Origin: an uncultured Alphaproteobacteria bacterium
Lineage (GTDB): Bacteria; Pseudomonadota; Alphaproteobacteria; Methylaequorales; Methylaequoraceae
DNA length: 64,000 nt
Reading direction: 5' to 3'
NCBI GenBank assembly: GCA_902540805.1
Contig: CACBON010000004.1
Span: 25,320 to 89,319 of the forward strand
Position numbers and translations under genes: made by a program. The notes beneath the pieces were generated by a model, which saw only the letters and a program-made list of their open reading frames with translations, did not search any database and was not told the origin of the DNA. Of this stretch, positions 19,380 to 28,622 are shown piece by piece; the stretch's first letter is position 1; each line of letters starts with the position of its first letter.

Positions 19380-22136
19380 CTAAGCTGTTAACTTTTCAAT
19401 TTTTGCGGCGCAATATTTTAGTTCTGGAATTTTACCATCTGGATCTAAAGCTTGATTGGTCAGCAAATTAGCAGGAGCATTTTCAAAACAAAACGGCATG
19501 AAAACCATTCCATCTGGGATCATTTTATCAAACCTAACTTTGACACTTACCTTGCCTCTCCTTGTTGACAATTGAACTTGTTCATCTTGTGAAAAATTAT
19601 TTTTTTTCATTTCATTTTTTGAAAGATGAACATATGGTTGTGGCTCTATTGTGTTCAAAACCTTGGATCTAGAAGTCATTGAGCCTGTATGCCAATGCTC
19701 AAGTAATCTTCCAGTTGTAAGTACAAGCGGGTATTTTTCGTCAGGTTTCTCATCAGGAGAAATAAGTTTAGCAGGAACAAGCTTTCCTTTTTTGTTATTT
19801 GTCGGAAAACCTTCTCCAAAGATTACCTCATTTCCTGGTTTGTTAACATCATCGCAAGGATAAGTTACGGCACCATCTTTAACTAATCTTTCCCAGGTAA
19901 TGTTTTTCATAGATTCCATACATTTGCTAAGTTCGTCATAAACCTCGTCTGGACCATTATAATCCCAATTTAATCCCATTCTTTTAGCTAATTCTTGTAT
20001 TATCCAAAGGTCTTGTTTTGCTTTTCCAGGAGGATTAACCGCTTTTTTTGCTAACTGAACTCGTCTATCCGTGTTTGTAAAAGTCCCAGTTTTTTCAGGA
20101 AAAGCTGATGCAGGTAAAACAATATCAGCAAGATATGCTGTTTCTGTTAAGAAGATATCTTGGACAATGAGAATTTCTAGCCTAGCTAATGCTTCTCTTG
20201 CGTGATTAGCATTTGGATCGGACATGGCAGGATTTTCTCCCATAACATAAAGTCCTTTGATGCTTTTATTATATATAGATTCCATGATTTCAACCACAGT
20301 CAAGCCTGGGTTGGGATCAAGTTTTGTTTGCCAATAATTTTCAAAAAATTTAAGATTTTTGCTGTCTGATATTGGTTGATAATCAGGAAAAACCATTGGT
20401 ATCAAACCTACATCAGACGCACCTTGAACATTATTTTGTCCACGAAGAGGGTGAAGTCCAGTTCCCTTTCTTCCAATATTTCCTGTAATCATTGCAAGTG
20501 AAATTAAACATCTTGAGTTGTCTGTACCGTGAATATGTTGAGAGATTCCCATACCCCAAAAGATCATTGCGGATTTAGCGTTAGCAAATAATCTGGCTGT
20601 TTCTCTTATCTCTGAAGGAGAAATTCCACAAATATCTGACATCTCTTCAGGTGTAAAATCTTTGATATGTTCTTTAAGATCTTTATAACCTTCTGTGTTT
20701 TTTTCAATGTACTGTCTATCTACGAGACCTTCTTCAATAATTGTATTAATCATTGCATTTAACAATGCTACATCAGCACCTGGAGTGAATTGCAAGCTTT
20801 TCTCAGATATTCTAGATAAGTCTTGTTTTCTTGGGTCCATTATTATTAGTTTTAATCCATTTTTTTTTACGGCATTTTTAATAAATGTAGCAGCCACTGG
20901 ATGATTTTGCGTCGGTCTTGCTCCAATAACAATGGCAACATCTGCATTTTGAATTTCTGAAACTGGAGCTGTAACTGCTCCTGATCCAATTGTTTCCATA
21001 AGAGCAGCAACGGAAGACGCATGACACATTCGTGTACAATGGTCGACATTATTATTTTTAAAACCTGTTCTTATTAACTTTTGGAATAAATAAGCTTCCT
21101 CATTTGAACCTTTAGCACAACCGAAACCAGCAAGGGATTTGTCTCCAGAACTATTTAATATTTCTTTAAGTTTACTAGCAGCTAAATCGAGAGCCTCATC
21201 CCATGAAGCTTCTCTAAAATGAGTCAATGGGTTTAGTGGATCTATTTTTTCTAATGGGTCTTTTGGTTTGTCTGATTTTCTAATTAAGGGTACTGTTAGT
21301 CTTTCAGGGTTGTGAATATAATCAAAACCAAATCTTCCTTTAACGCATAGCCTATTCTTATTTGCAGGACCATCTCTTCCGTCAACAGATATAATTTTTT
21401 CATTTTGAATGTTGTATGTTAATTGACAACCAACTCCACAGTATGGACATAATGAGTCGACTTTTCTGTCAGGTTTAGCATTTTTGGTTCCATTATCATC
21501 TAATAAATTAGATTCCATTAATGCGCCAGTAGGACATGCTTGAACACATTCTCCACAACTTACACAAGATGAATCACCCATTGGATCATTAAAGTCGAAA
21601 ACCACTTTTGAATGATGCCCCCTGTTACCCATTCCAATAACATCGTTCACTTGAACTTCTCTACATGCTCTTACACATAGATTACAATGGATACAAGCAT
21701 CAAGGTTTACTGACATCGCAACGTGTGATGAGTCTTCACAAGGAACTATTTTTTTCTCTCTTTTTTCAAATCTACTTTTTTCAACATCTATATCTGAAGC
21801 AATTTTCCAGAAATGTGAGTCGGGGTCATGAGAAGTATCTCTATCTGGTTGATCTGTAACTAATAGTTCTAAAACCATTTTTCTAGACTTGATGGATCTT
21901 TCATCGTTTGTTAGAACTTTCATACCTTCCGTTGGTTTCCTTATACAAGAAGCAGCTAGAACTCTCTCTCCCTCAATAGAAACCATGCATGCTCTGCAAT
22001 TACCATCGGCTCTGTATCCAGGTTTATCTGCAAAACAAAGGTGGGGAAGTGTTATGCCCTCTCTTTTGGCAACGCTCCATATTGTTTCTTCATCCTTAGC
22101 GACAACTTTTTTATTGTTAAGAAAAAATTCAACCAT
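19380..22136 (-). CDS. fdsA: NAD-dependent formate dehydrogenase, catalytic alpha subunit (NuoG-like N-terminus plus Mo-bisPGD domain)
   Basis: 918 aa with an N-terminal 2Fe-2S motif (CRACMVSIEG), ferredoxin 4Fe-4S motifs and a MopB domain. A Cys stands at the active-site position (TRMCHASSV), and the ORF has no in-frame TGA. Confidence 0.9.
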   Translation of the reverse strand: MVEFFLNNKKVVAKDEETIWSVAKREGITLPHLCFADKPGYRADGNCRACMVSIEGERVLAASCIRKPTEGMKVLTNDERSIKSRKMVLELLVTDQPDRDTSHDPDSHFWKIASDIDVEKSRFEKREKKIVPCEDSSHVAMSVNLDACIHCNLCVRACREVQVNDVIGMGNRGHHSKVVFDFNDPMGDSSCVSCGECVQACPTGALMESNLLDDNGTKNAKPDRKVDSLCPYCGVGCQLTYNIQNEKIISVDGRDGPANKNRLCVKGRFGFDYIHNPERLTVPLIRKSDKPKDPLEKIDPLNPLTHFREASWDEALDLAASKLKEILNSSGDKSLAGFGCAKGSNEEAYLFQKLIRTGFKNNNVDHCTRMCHASSVAALMETIGSGAVTAPVSEIQNADVAIVIGARPTQNHPVAATFIKNAVKKNGLKLIIMDPRKQDLSRISEKSLQFTPGADVALLNAMINTIIEEGLVDRQYIEKNTEGYKDLKEHIKDFTPEEMSDICGISPSEIRETARLFANAKSAMIFWGMGISQHIHGTDNSRCLISLAMITGNIGRKGTGLHPLRGQNNVQGASDVGLIPMVFPDYQPISDSKNLKFFENYWQTKLDPNPGLTVVEIMESIYNKSIKGLYVMGENPAMSDPNANHAREALARLEILIVQDIFLTETAYLADIVLPASAFPEKTGTFTNTDRRVQLAKKAVNPPGKAKQDLWIIQELAKRMGLNWDYNGPDEVYDELSKCMESMKNITWERLVKDGAVTYPCDDVNKPGNEVIFGEGFPTNNKKGKLVPAKLISPDEKPDEKYPLVLTTGRLLEHWHTGSMTSRSKVLNTIEPQPYVHLSKNEMKKNNFSQDEQVQLSTRRGKVSVKVRFDKMIPDGMVFMPFCFENAPANLLTNQALDPDGKIPELKYCAAKIEKLTA

Positions 22137-22142
22137 AATATA

Positions 22143-23807
22143 CTATATTCTGTCTTTGAAATAATTTAAAGAACAAGTTATTGGGTTGCCTGCAGCTTGA
22201 CCTAATCCGCAAATTGAGGCCTCACTCATTGTGTCAACAAGTTCTCTTAGTAACTTCTCATCCCAGATATTCTTTTCAAGTAACTTTACAGCTTTTTCAG
22301 TTCCTACTCTGCAAGGGGTACATTGACCACAGCTTTCGTCGTTGAAAAATTTTAATAAGTTTAAAACAACATTTTTGATGCTATCTTTATGTGAAAAGAC
22401 AACAATTGCTCCTGACCCTATAAAGCAACCATGTTTTTCTAAAGAACCAAAGTCAAGTGGAATATCTGCTTTTTCTGCTGGAAGAATACCACCTGAGGCA
22501 CCGCCTGGAAGATATCCAAAAAAATTGTGACCGTCTTGCATTCCTCCGCAATATTCATTTAGTAACTCATTCATTGTTATTCCTGCTGGTGCTAACTTGA
22601 CACCAGGATTTTTCACTCTACCCGATACTGAATAACTATGCGGCCCCTTGTGACCTTTCTTACCTTGATTGCTATACCACTTGTGACCTTTCTCAAGAAT
22701 ATCTCTAACCCAATATACAGTTTCAATATTGTGGTTAAGTGTGGGTTTACCAAAAAGACCTACTTTTGAAACAAATGGTGGTTTATGCCTCGGAAGACCT
22801 CTTTTACCCTCAATAGATTCAATCATAGCAGATTCTTCGCCACAAATGTAAGCACCAGCACCTCTTCTGACATAGATTTTTGTATCTTCCCTCAGTATTT
22901 TACTATTTTCTAGTTTTGTTAATTCATTTTTCATTTTTTTTAAGATACCAGGGTATTCGTCTCGCATGTAAATATATATTTTTTTTGCTTCTACAGCCCA
23001 AGCTGCTATCAACATTCCCTCAAAAAATTTGTGCATATTTGTTTCTAGATACAATTTATCTTTAAAAGTTCCTGGTTCTCCCTCATCACCGTTTATTGTC
23101 ATAAGTCTTGGCCCTTTTTCCATTCTGACAAATTTCCATTTTTGTCCAGAGGGGAAACCAGCTCCTCCCATACCTTTTAAACCAGATTTGTTTAACTCGT
23201 CTATAACTTCATCTACGCTTAATTTTCCCTCATAGCATTTTAATAAAGTTTTATAACCGTCATCTTGAGTATATTTGCTAAAGTCGATTCCTCCTACCTC
23301 CTTTGGATGAACTTCATTTTTTGACAACGCTTTTTCTACATCCTTTAGAGAGAATTTTTCAAGGTGATTGTGACCAACTTCACAGGCGGGCGCCTTGTCA
23401 CATAAGCCCATACACGGTGCTCTTACAACTCTTACTTTCTTTTTATCTAATGTTGATTCTAACTTTTTCATCAGATCGTTAGCCCCGAACAATTCACATG
23501 TTAAGCTATCGCATACTCTTATTGTAGTAGGTGGTAGCGATTCATCTTCATCATCGATAACATCAAAGTGGGCATAGAATGTGGCAACCTCAAATGCTTC
23601 AGCCATTGGTATTTTTAGGAGGTTAGCTAGAGCAGCAAGATGTTTTTTGCGGATTTGATTATACTTATCTTGTATCAAATGAAGATATTCAATTAGCATA
23701 TCTCTTTTTAAAGGGAGATGATTTATTAAATCTTTTATTTCAGCAATATCTGAATCTTTAGAGTCTCTTCCTTTTGGATAAAAGTTTTTGTTTTTAATGT
23801 CTAACAT
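22143..23807 (-). CDS. fdsB: Formate dehydrogenase diaphorase subunit, fused NuoE-like (FdsG) plus NuoF-like (FdsB)
   Basis: The N-terminal ~150 aa carry NuoE-type 2Fe-2S motifs (CDSLTC, CMGLCDKAP). The remainder is NuoF-like (GGAGFPSGQKW FMN/NADH site, ESCGQCTPCR 4Fe-4S). Confidence 0.85.
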   Translation of the reverse strand: MLDIKNKNFYPKGRDSKDSDIAEIKDLINHLPLKRDMLIEYLHLIQDKYNQIRKKHLAALANLLKIPMAEAFEVATFYAHFDVIDDEDESLPPTTIRVCDSLTCELFGANDLMKKLESTLDKKKVRVVRAPCMGLCDKAPACEVGHNHLEKFSLKDVEKALSKNEVHPKEVGGIDFSKYTQDDGYKTLLKCYEGKLSVDEVIDELNKSGLKGMGGAGFPSGQKWKFVRMEKGPRLMTINGDEGEPGTFKDKLYLETNMHKFFEGMLIAAWAVEAKKIYIYMRDEYPGILKKMKNELTKLENSKILREDTKIYVRRGAGAYICGEESAMIESIEGKRGLPRHKPPFVSKVGLFGKPTLNHNIETVYWVRDILEKGHKWYSNQGKKGHKGPHSYSVSGRVKNPGVKLAPAGITMNELLNEYCGGMQDGHNFFGYLPGGASGGILPAEKADIPLDFGSLEKHGCFIGSGAIVVFSHKDSIKNVVLNLLKFFNDESCGQCTPCRVGTEKAVKLLEKNIWDEKLLRELVDTMSEASICGLGQAAGNPITCSLNYFKDRI

Positions 23808-23856
23808 TTTAAGTATCTCAATTATATATAATATATATATCGATTTTCTAGAAATA

Positions 23857-24369
23857 CTATAGATGATCTTTCAAAATTTTACTAATTTTTACTAACAAAT
23901 TGCCCTCTTTAAACAAAAACCCCTTGATTGAGGCATTCTTTGCTGCAATTAAATCAGTTTTTTTGTCTCCAACCATAAAACATCTTGTCTTATCTAAATT
24001 ATATTTTTCAACCGCTTCGTTTATCATTTTAGGTGAAGGTTTTCTTCTCGATTCAGGGTTATTGTTAGGTAAATCTTCAGAAAAAAAAAAATCGTTAATT
24101 TGGATACCTTCTTTTTTTAGGATTTTATTCATCCATTTATGCAGATTTGTGACATCTTTAGAAGTGAAATAGCCTCGACTAATTCCAGATTGATTCGTTA
24201 TTACAATCACAAGAAAATTGTTTTTTTTTAATAATTTTATAGCCTCAACAGCTCCATCAATCCATTTAAAATCCTCACTTTTATGAAGATAACCTATGTC
24301 CTCATTTAAGACTCCATCTCTATCTAAAAAGCATGCTTTATTAATTTTTTTAAATTTTTCTTGATTCAT
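23857..24369 (-). CDS. gmhB: D,D-heptose 1,7-bisphosphate phosphatase-like HAD-IIIA hydrolase
   Basis: FLDRDGVLN motif I, ITNQSG motif II, RKPSP and VGDKKTDL motifs match GmhB or histidinol-phosphatase-type HAD-IIIA. Confidence 0.7.
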   Translation of the reverse strand: MNQEKFKKINKACFLDRDGVLNEDIGYLHKSEDFKWIDGAVEAIKLLKKNNFLVIVITNQSGISRGYFTSKDVTNLHKWMNKILKKEGIQINDFFFSEDLPNNNPESRRKPSPKMINEAVEKYNLDKTRCFMVGDKKTDLIAAKNASIKGFLFKEGNLLVKISKILKDHL

Positions 24370-24415
24370 TTTTTTTCAAATATAATTATAGTGCAATAAA
24401 TTATAATGTTGAAAT

Positions 24416-24844
24416 ATGGTTAAAAAAAAAAAAATTAACGGTTCTTACACACCATCTGAAAAAGAAAAATTCATGAGTGCAAAGCAGTTGAAATATTTTA
24501 AACAGTTACTTAGTGATTGGAAAGATGACCTTCTCCAGGGTTCATCTCTTACAATAAATAATCTGAAAGAAGAATCCTCTAATAAACCAGATAATGCTGA
24601 CAGAGCTTCAATTGAGTCAGAGAGAAGTTTGGAGCTAAGAACAAGAGATAGAGAGCGCAAATTAATAAGTAAAATAAATAAAGCACTCAGAAAGATTGAG
24701 GATGGAACCTATGGTTATTGTGAAGAAACCAATCAACCTATCTCTTTAAAAAGACTGATAGCTAGACCAATAGCAACATTGTCATTAGAGGCACAGGAAT
24801 CTCATGAAAAATCAGAAAAGATTTATAAAGAGAAAGAATATTAA
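24416..24844 (+). CDS. dksA: RNA polymerase-binding transcription factor DksA (single-cysteine, zinc-finger-less variant)
   Basis: Coiled-coil tip DNADRAS (DxxDxA) and C-terminal globular region YGYCEETNQPISLKRLIARPIATLSLEAQ. Only 1 of the 4 canonical Zn-finger Cys residues is retained. Confidence 0.9.
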   Translation: MVKKKKINGSYTPSEKEKFMSAKQLKYFKQLLSDWKDDLLQGSSLTINNLKEESSNKPDNADRASIESERSLELRTRDRERKLISKINKALRKIEDGTYGYCEETNQPISLKRLIARPIATLSLEAQESHEKSEKIYKEKEY

Positions 24845-24888
24845 TTAATCTATTGCTATAATCATTTTTAATGCTACATTATAAAAAA

Positions 24889-24903
24889 GAACATTTATAG
24901 AAC
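24889..24903 (+). promoter_or_regulatory. Putative alphaproteobacterial LexA (SOS) box GAAC-N7-GAAC upstream of recA
   Basis: The sequence GAACATTTATAGAAC ends 5 nt before the recA ATG (24908) and matches the direct-repeat GAAC(N7)GAAC SOS operator described for alphaproteobacteria. Confidence 0.6.
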
Positions 24904-24907
24904 ATTT

Positions 24908-25960
24908 ATGGATAAATTAAAAACATTAGAATCCACCATCAGTCAGATAGAGAGAAACTTCGGTAAAGGCTCTGTCATGAAATTAGGAGAAAGAGAAGTG
25001 GTCGAAATTGACGCAATATCTTCAGGTTCACTAAGTCTTGACGTAGCATTGGGCATCGGAGGATTACCAAAAGGTAGAATAGTCGAAATATACGGTCCCG
25101 AGAGTTCCGGTAAGACAACACTAGCACTTCATGTTATTGCCGAAGCTCAAAAAAAAGGTGGGACATGTGCATTTGTAGATGCTGAACACGCATTGGATCC
25201 AGTATACGCAAAAAAATTAGGCGTTAACACTGATGAGATGCTTATTTCCCAGCCAGATAACGGTGAGCAAGCGCTCGAAATTGCAGATACTCTTGTAAAT
25301 TCAAATGCAATTGATGTTTTAGTCGTAGATTCCGTTGCTGCCCTGGTTCCGAGAGCTGAAATTGAAGGTGATATGGGAGACTCTCATATGGGATTACATG
25401 CAAGACTAATGAGCCAAGCTTTAAGAAAATTAACTGGATCAATTTCAAGGTCTCAAGCTTTGGTCATATTTATTAACCAAATCAGGCAAAAAATTGGTGT
25501 AATGTTTGGAAATCCAGAGACAACCACAGGAGGAAATGCACTTAAATTTTATGCTTCAATTAGAATGGATATTAGGAGAATCGGTGCAATTAAAGATAGA
25601 GACGAGGTTGTTGGTAATCAGACAAGGGTAAAAGTTGTTAAAAATAAACTTGCCCCTCCATTTAAAACGGTTGAATTTGATATCATGTATGGTGAAGGAA
25701 TTTCCAAAAATGGAGAAATCTTAGATTTAGCAACTAAAGACGGGTTGGTTGAAAAGGCAGGTGCGTGGTACTCATACAATGGTGAAAGAATTGGTCAAGG
25801 AAGAGAAAATGCAAAAATTTATCTAAAAGAGAATCCAAAAGTAGCTCTTGAAATAGAGGAATCGATTCGCTCTCAAAATAAAGAACAAGTTGTAAAAGCC
25901 GAAGATGATGTTAACGATAATACAGAAGATCTGCCAGATAAAGAAATGAAAGTTGATTAA
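24908..25960 (+). CDS. recA: Recombinase RecA
   Basis: GPESSGKTT Walker [15 protein letters not shown] and the rest are unmistakably RecA. Confidence 0.98.
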   Translation: MDKLKTLESTISQIERNFGKGSVMKLGEREVVEIDAISSGSLSLDVALGIGGLPKGRIVEIYGPESSGKTTLALHVIAEAQKKGGTCAFVDAEHALDPVYAKKLGVNTDEMLISQPDNGEQALEIADTLVNSNAIDVLVVDSVAALVPRAEIEGDMGDSHMGLHARLMSQALRKLTGSISRSQALVIFINQIRQKIGVMFGNPETTTGGNALKFYASIRMDIRRIGAIKDRDEVVGNQTRVKVVKNKLAPPFKTVEFDIMYGEGISKNGEILDLATKDGLVEKAGAWYSYNGERIGQGRENAKIYLKENPKVALEIEESIRSQNKEQVVKAEDDVNDNTEDLPDKEMKVD

Positions 25961-25994
25961 TTACTAACTTTTTAATTATAATCATTTTAGAAAA

Positions 25995-28622
25995 ATGCAA
26001 AATTCAAATGATTATTCAAACAAAATAAGAGAAACATTCTTAAATTTTTTTAAAAAAAATTCACACTTAGAGATTGAATCATCATCTCTGGTTCCTAATG
26101 ATGATTCAACTTTACTATTTGTAAACTCTGGGATGGTTCAATTTAAAAAATGGTTTACTGGTGAAGAAAATCCAAAAAATAAGAATGTTGTTTCTATACA
26201 AAAATGCTTGAGAGCAGGAGGTAAACATAATGACCTCGACAATGTTGGTTTTACCCCAAGACATCATACTTTTTTTGAAATGCTGGGTAATTTTTCATTT
26301 GGTGGTTATTTCAAGGAAGAAGCAATAAAACTTGCATGGGATTTATTAACAAAAGAATATTCAATAGATGAAAAAAGATTAATTATTACTGTATATGAGG
26401 AGGACGAACTCTCTTTTAAAATTTGGAAAAAAATTTCAGGGTTTAATGACGAAAAAATAATAAGAATTTCATCCAACGATAATTTTTGGTCCATGGGTGA
26501 CTCTGGACCTTGTGGTCCTTGCAGCGAAATATTCTATGATAATGGTGAAAATATAAAAGGAGGCTTGCCTGGTACCAAAAATCAGGATGGAGACAGATTT
26601 GTTGAGATATGGAACCTTGTTTTCATGGAATATGAAAAAAAAAGGGATACTTTAGAAATACTACCAGGTAAATTTGTTGATACAGGTATGGGGTTAGAAA
26701 GAATATTGGCCGTTTTAAATGGAAAAGTTAACAATTACGATACTGACTTATTTGAATATGTTTTTAAAAGAATAGAAGAGGAAACTAAAACAAATTTAAA
26801 TAAAAATTTATTGATACCTTTCAGGATAATTTCTGACCATTTGAAGTCGATAATTTTTATGATGTCTGAGGGTATTTTACCTTCTAACGAGGGAAGAGGT
26901 TATGTATTGAGAAGAATAATAAGACGAGCTCTTCTAAATGTTAATAAACTTAATCCAGATGTAATAATTCTAAACAGACTTGTGGACGATGTAATAAAAA
27001 AATATATAAAAACCTATCCTGAATTAACCAAAGCAGAATTCTTTATTAAAGATAATTTAAAGAATGAAGAGGAAAAATTTTCTGAAACTTTATCAGTAGG
27101 ACTTGAACTATTGAACAAAGAAATTAAAAAAATTAAAACTAAAGAATTTAAACCTGAAATAGCTTTTAAACTTTATGATACTTATGGATTTCCAGTCGAT
27201 ATGACTGAGTCGATTTTAAATGATAGGAAATTAAGTTTAAATATTAAGAAATACAAATCTATTGTCGAAGCGCATAAAAAATTGCAAAAAAAAACATGGG
27301 TTGGAATTGGCAATAAAGATAATAAAAAAAATTATCAAGAAATTTTTAAGAATTTTCCTAGTACACAATTTTGTGGATATGAGACGACCGCATGTAATTC
27401 AAAATTATTAAATATTATCAAAAATGATATGTTGGTTGATTCAACAAAAAAAAACGAGGAAGTAATATTAATATTTGACAAAACCCCTTTTTATGCAGAA
27501 GCTGGAGGTCAACTTGGGGATTCAGGAAATATATACAATTCTAAAGGACAAATTGTAGCTGAAATTTCTGATACTAAGAAAATTAAAAATGGAATTTATT
27601 TGCACTTCGTAAATCGATGCTTATTCGAATTGAAAAAAAATGAATCGTATTTTTTAGAAATTGATAAAGATAAACGAGTTAAAACTAGTAATAATCATTC
27701 TGCCACTCATTTACTTCACGAATCTTTAAGACAAATCGTTGGGAAACACGTGAGTCAAAAAGGTTCATTAGTTAGTTCAAAAAAACTTAGATTTGACTAT
27801 TCATCTAATGAGCAATTGTCATTGGAAAAACATAAGAAAATTGAGAATTTAGTTAATAACTCAATTAGATCAAATATTGGAGTTGAAATAAATCAAATGA
27901 GTTTGGATAAAGCTCTTAAGTTGGGAGCTATTGCTTTGTTTGGAGAAAAATACCCTAATAAAGTAAGAGTTGTAAGCATGAAAAGTAAATTTAAAAATGA
28001 GCAGACATTGACATCAATCGAGTTATGTGGAGGAACTCATGTTAAGCAAACTGGACAAATTGGTTTCTTTAAAATTTTAAGTGATATTTCTGTTTCTTCG
28101 GGTGTCAGAAGGATAGAGGCTCTAACGGGTCAAGATGCACATGATTATGTTGATGATAAAATAAATTCTTTAGTTGAGATAAAAAATATTTTAAAAGCTT
28201 CTGATGAGAATATTGTTGAAAAAATTAAAAATTTAAAAAATAGTTCTACAAATAAAATAAAAATTTCTAATGAAATTGAATATTCAAATCTAAAAATCAT
28301 TAGTACCAAAGAATGTAAGATATATTTTGACAACATAGATTGTCATTCAAAGGAGTTAAGAAATAATTCTGATTCAATAAAAAAACAATTTAAATCAGGA
28401 ATAATAATATTAACCTCGCAAGAAGGTGACAAAGTTTCAGTTGTGGTATCTATTACTGAAAATCTCTTAGGTAAATTTGATTCTACTATTATAATAAAAA
28501 AAATAATTGCTTATTTAGGTGGCAAGGGGGGGGGTGGAAGAAAGGATCTTTCACAAGGTGGAGCTCCACTAAATGAAAAATTTAAAAAACTTAAAAATAA
28601 CTTAGAAAAAATAATAGTTTAA
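25995..28622 (+). CDS. alaS: Alanine--tRNA ligase
   Basis: 875 aa with class II core (FTPRHHTFFEMLGNFSFG), editing-domain HSATHLLH and CGGTH motifs, and C-terminal GGKGGG. Confidence 0.98.
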   Translation: MQNSNDYSNKIRETFLNFFKKNSHLEIESSSLVPNDDSTLLFVNSGMVQFKKWFTGEENPKNKNVVSIQKCLRAGGKHNDLDNVGFTPRHHTFFEMLGNFSFGGYFKEEAIKLAWDLLTKEYSIDEKRLIITVYEEDELSFKIWKKISGFNDEKIIRISSNDNFWSMGDSGPCGPCSEIFYDNGENIKGGLPGTKNQDGDRFVEIWNLVFMEYEKKRDTLEILPGKFVDTGMGLERILAVLNGKVNNYDTDLFEYVFKRIEEETKTNLNKNLLIPFRIISDHLKSIIFMMSEGILPSNEGRGYVLRRIIRRALLNVNKLNPDVIILNRLVDDVIKKYIKTYPELTKAEFFIKDNLKNEEEKFSETLSVGLELLNKEIKKIKTKEFKPEIAFKLYDTYGFPVDMTESILNDRKLSLNIKKYKSIVEAHKKLQKKTWVGIGNKDNKKNYQEIFKNFPSTQFCGYETTACNSKLLNIIKNDMLVDSTKKNEEVILIFDKTPFYAEAGGQLGDSGNIYNSKGQIVAEISDTKKIKNGIYLHFVNRCLFELKKNESYFLEIDKDKRVKTSNNHSATHLLHESLRQIVGKHVSQKGSLVSSKKLRFDYSSNEQLSLEKHKKIENLVNNSIRSNIGVEINQMSLDKALKLGAIALFGEKYPNKVRVVSMKSKFKNEQTLTSIELCGGTHVKQTGQIGFFKILSDISVSSGVRRIEALTGQDAHDYVDDKINSLVEIKNILKASDENIVEKIKNLKNSSTNKIKISNEIEYSNLKIISTKECKIYFDNIDCHSKELRNNSDSIKKQFKSGIIILTSQEGDKVSVVVSITENLLGKFDSTIIIKKIIAYLGGKGGGGRKDLSQGGAPLNEKFKKLKNNLEKIIV

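Noticed and set aside
19380-22136. Possible selenocysteine (in-frame TGA plus SECIS) in the formate dehydrogenase alpha subunit
   Set aside because: The ORF is uninterrupted and a Cys codon occupies the active-site position (TRMCHASSV).
17918-23577. Short ORFs inside or antisense to the MFS transporter, fdsA and fdsB (e.g. 17918..18139, 18602..18817, 19651..19863, 20695..20904, 21889..22164, 22342..22530, 23029..23235)
   Set aside because: All are nested in long, motif-rich genes. None has a recognisable domain or its own intergenic space.
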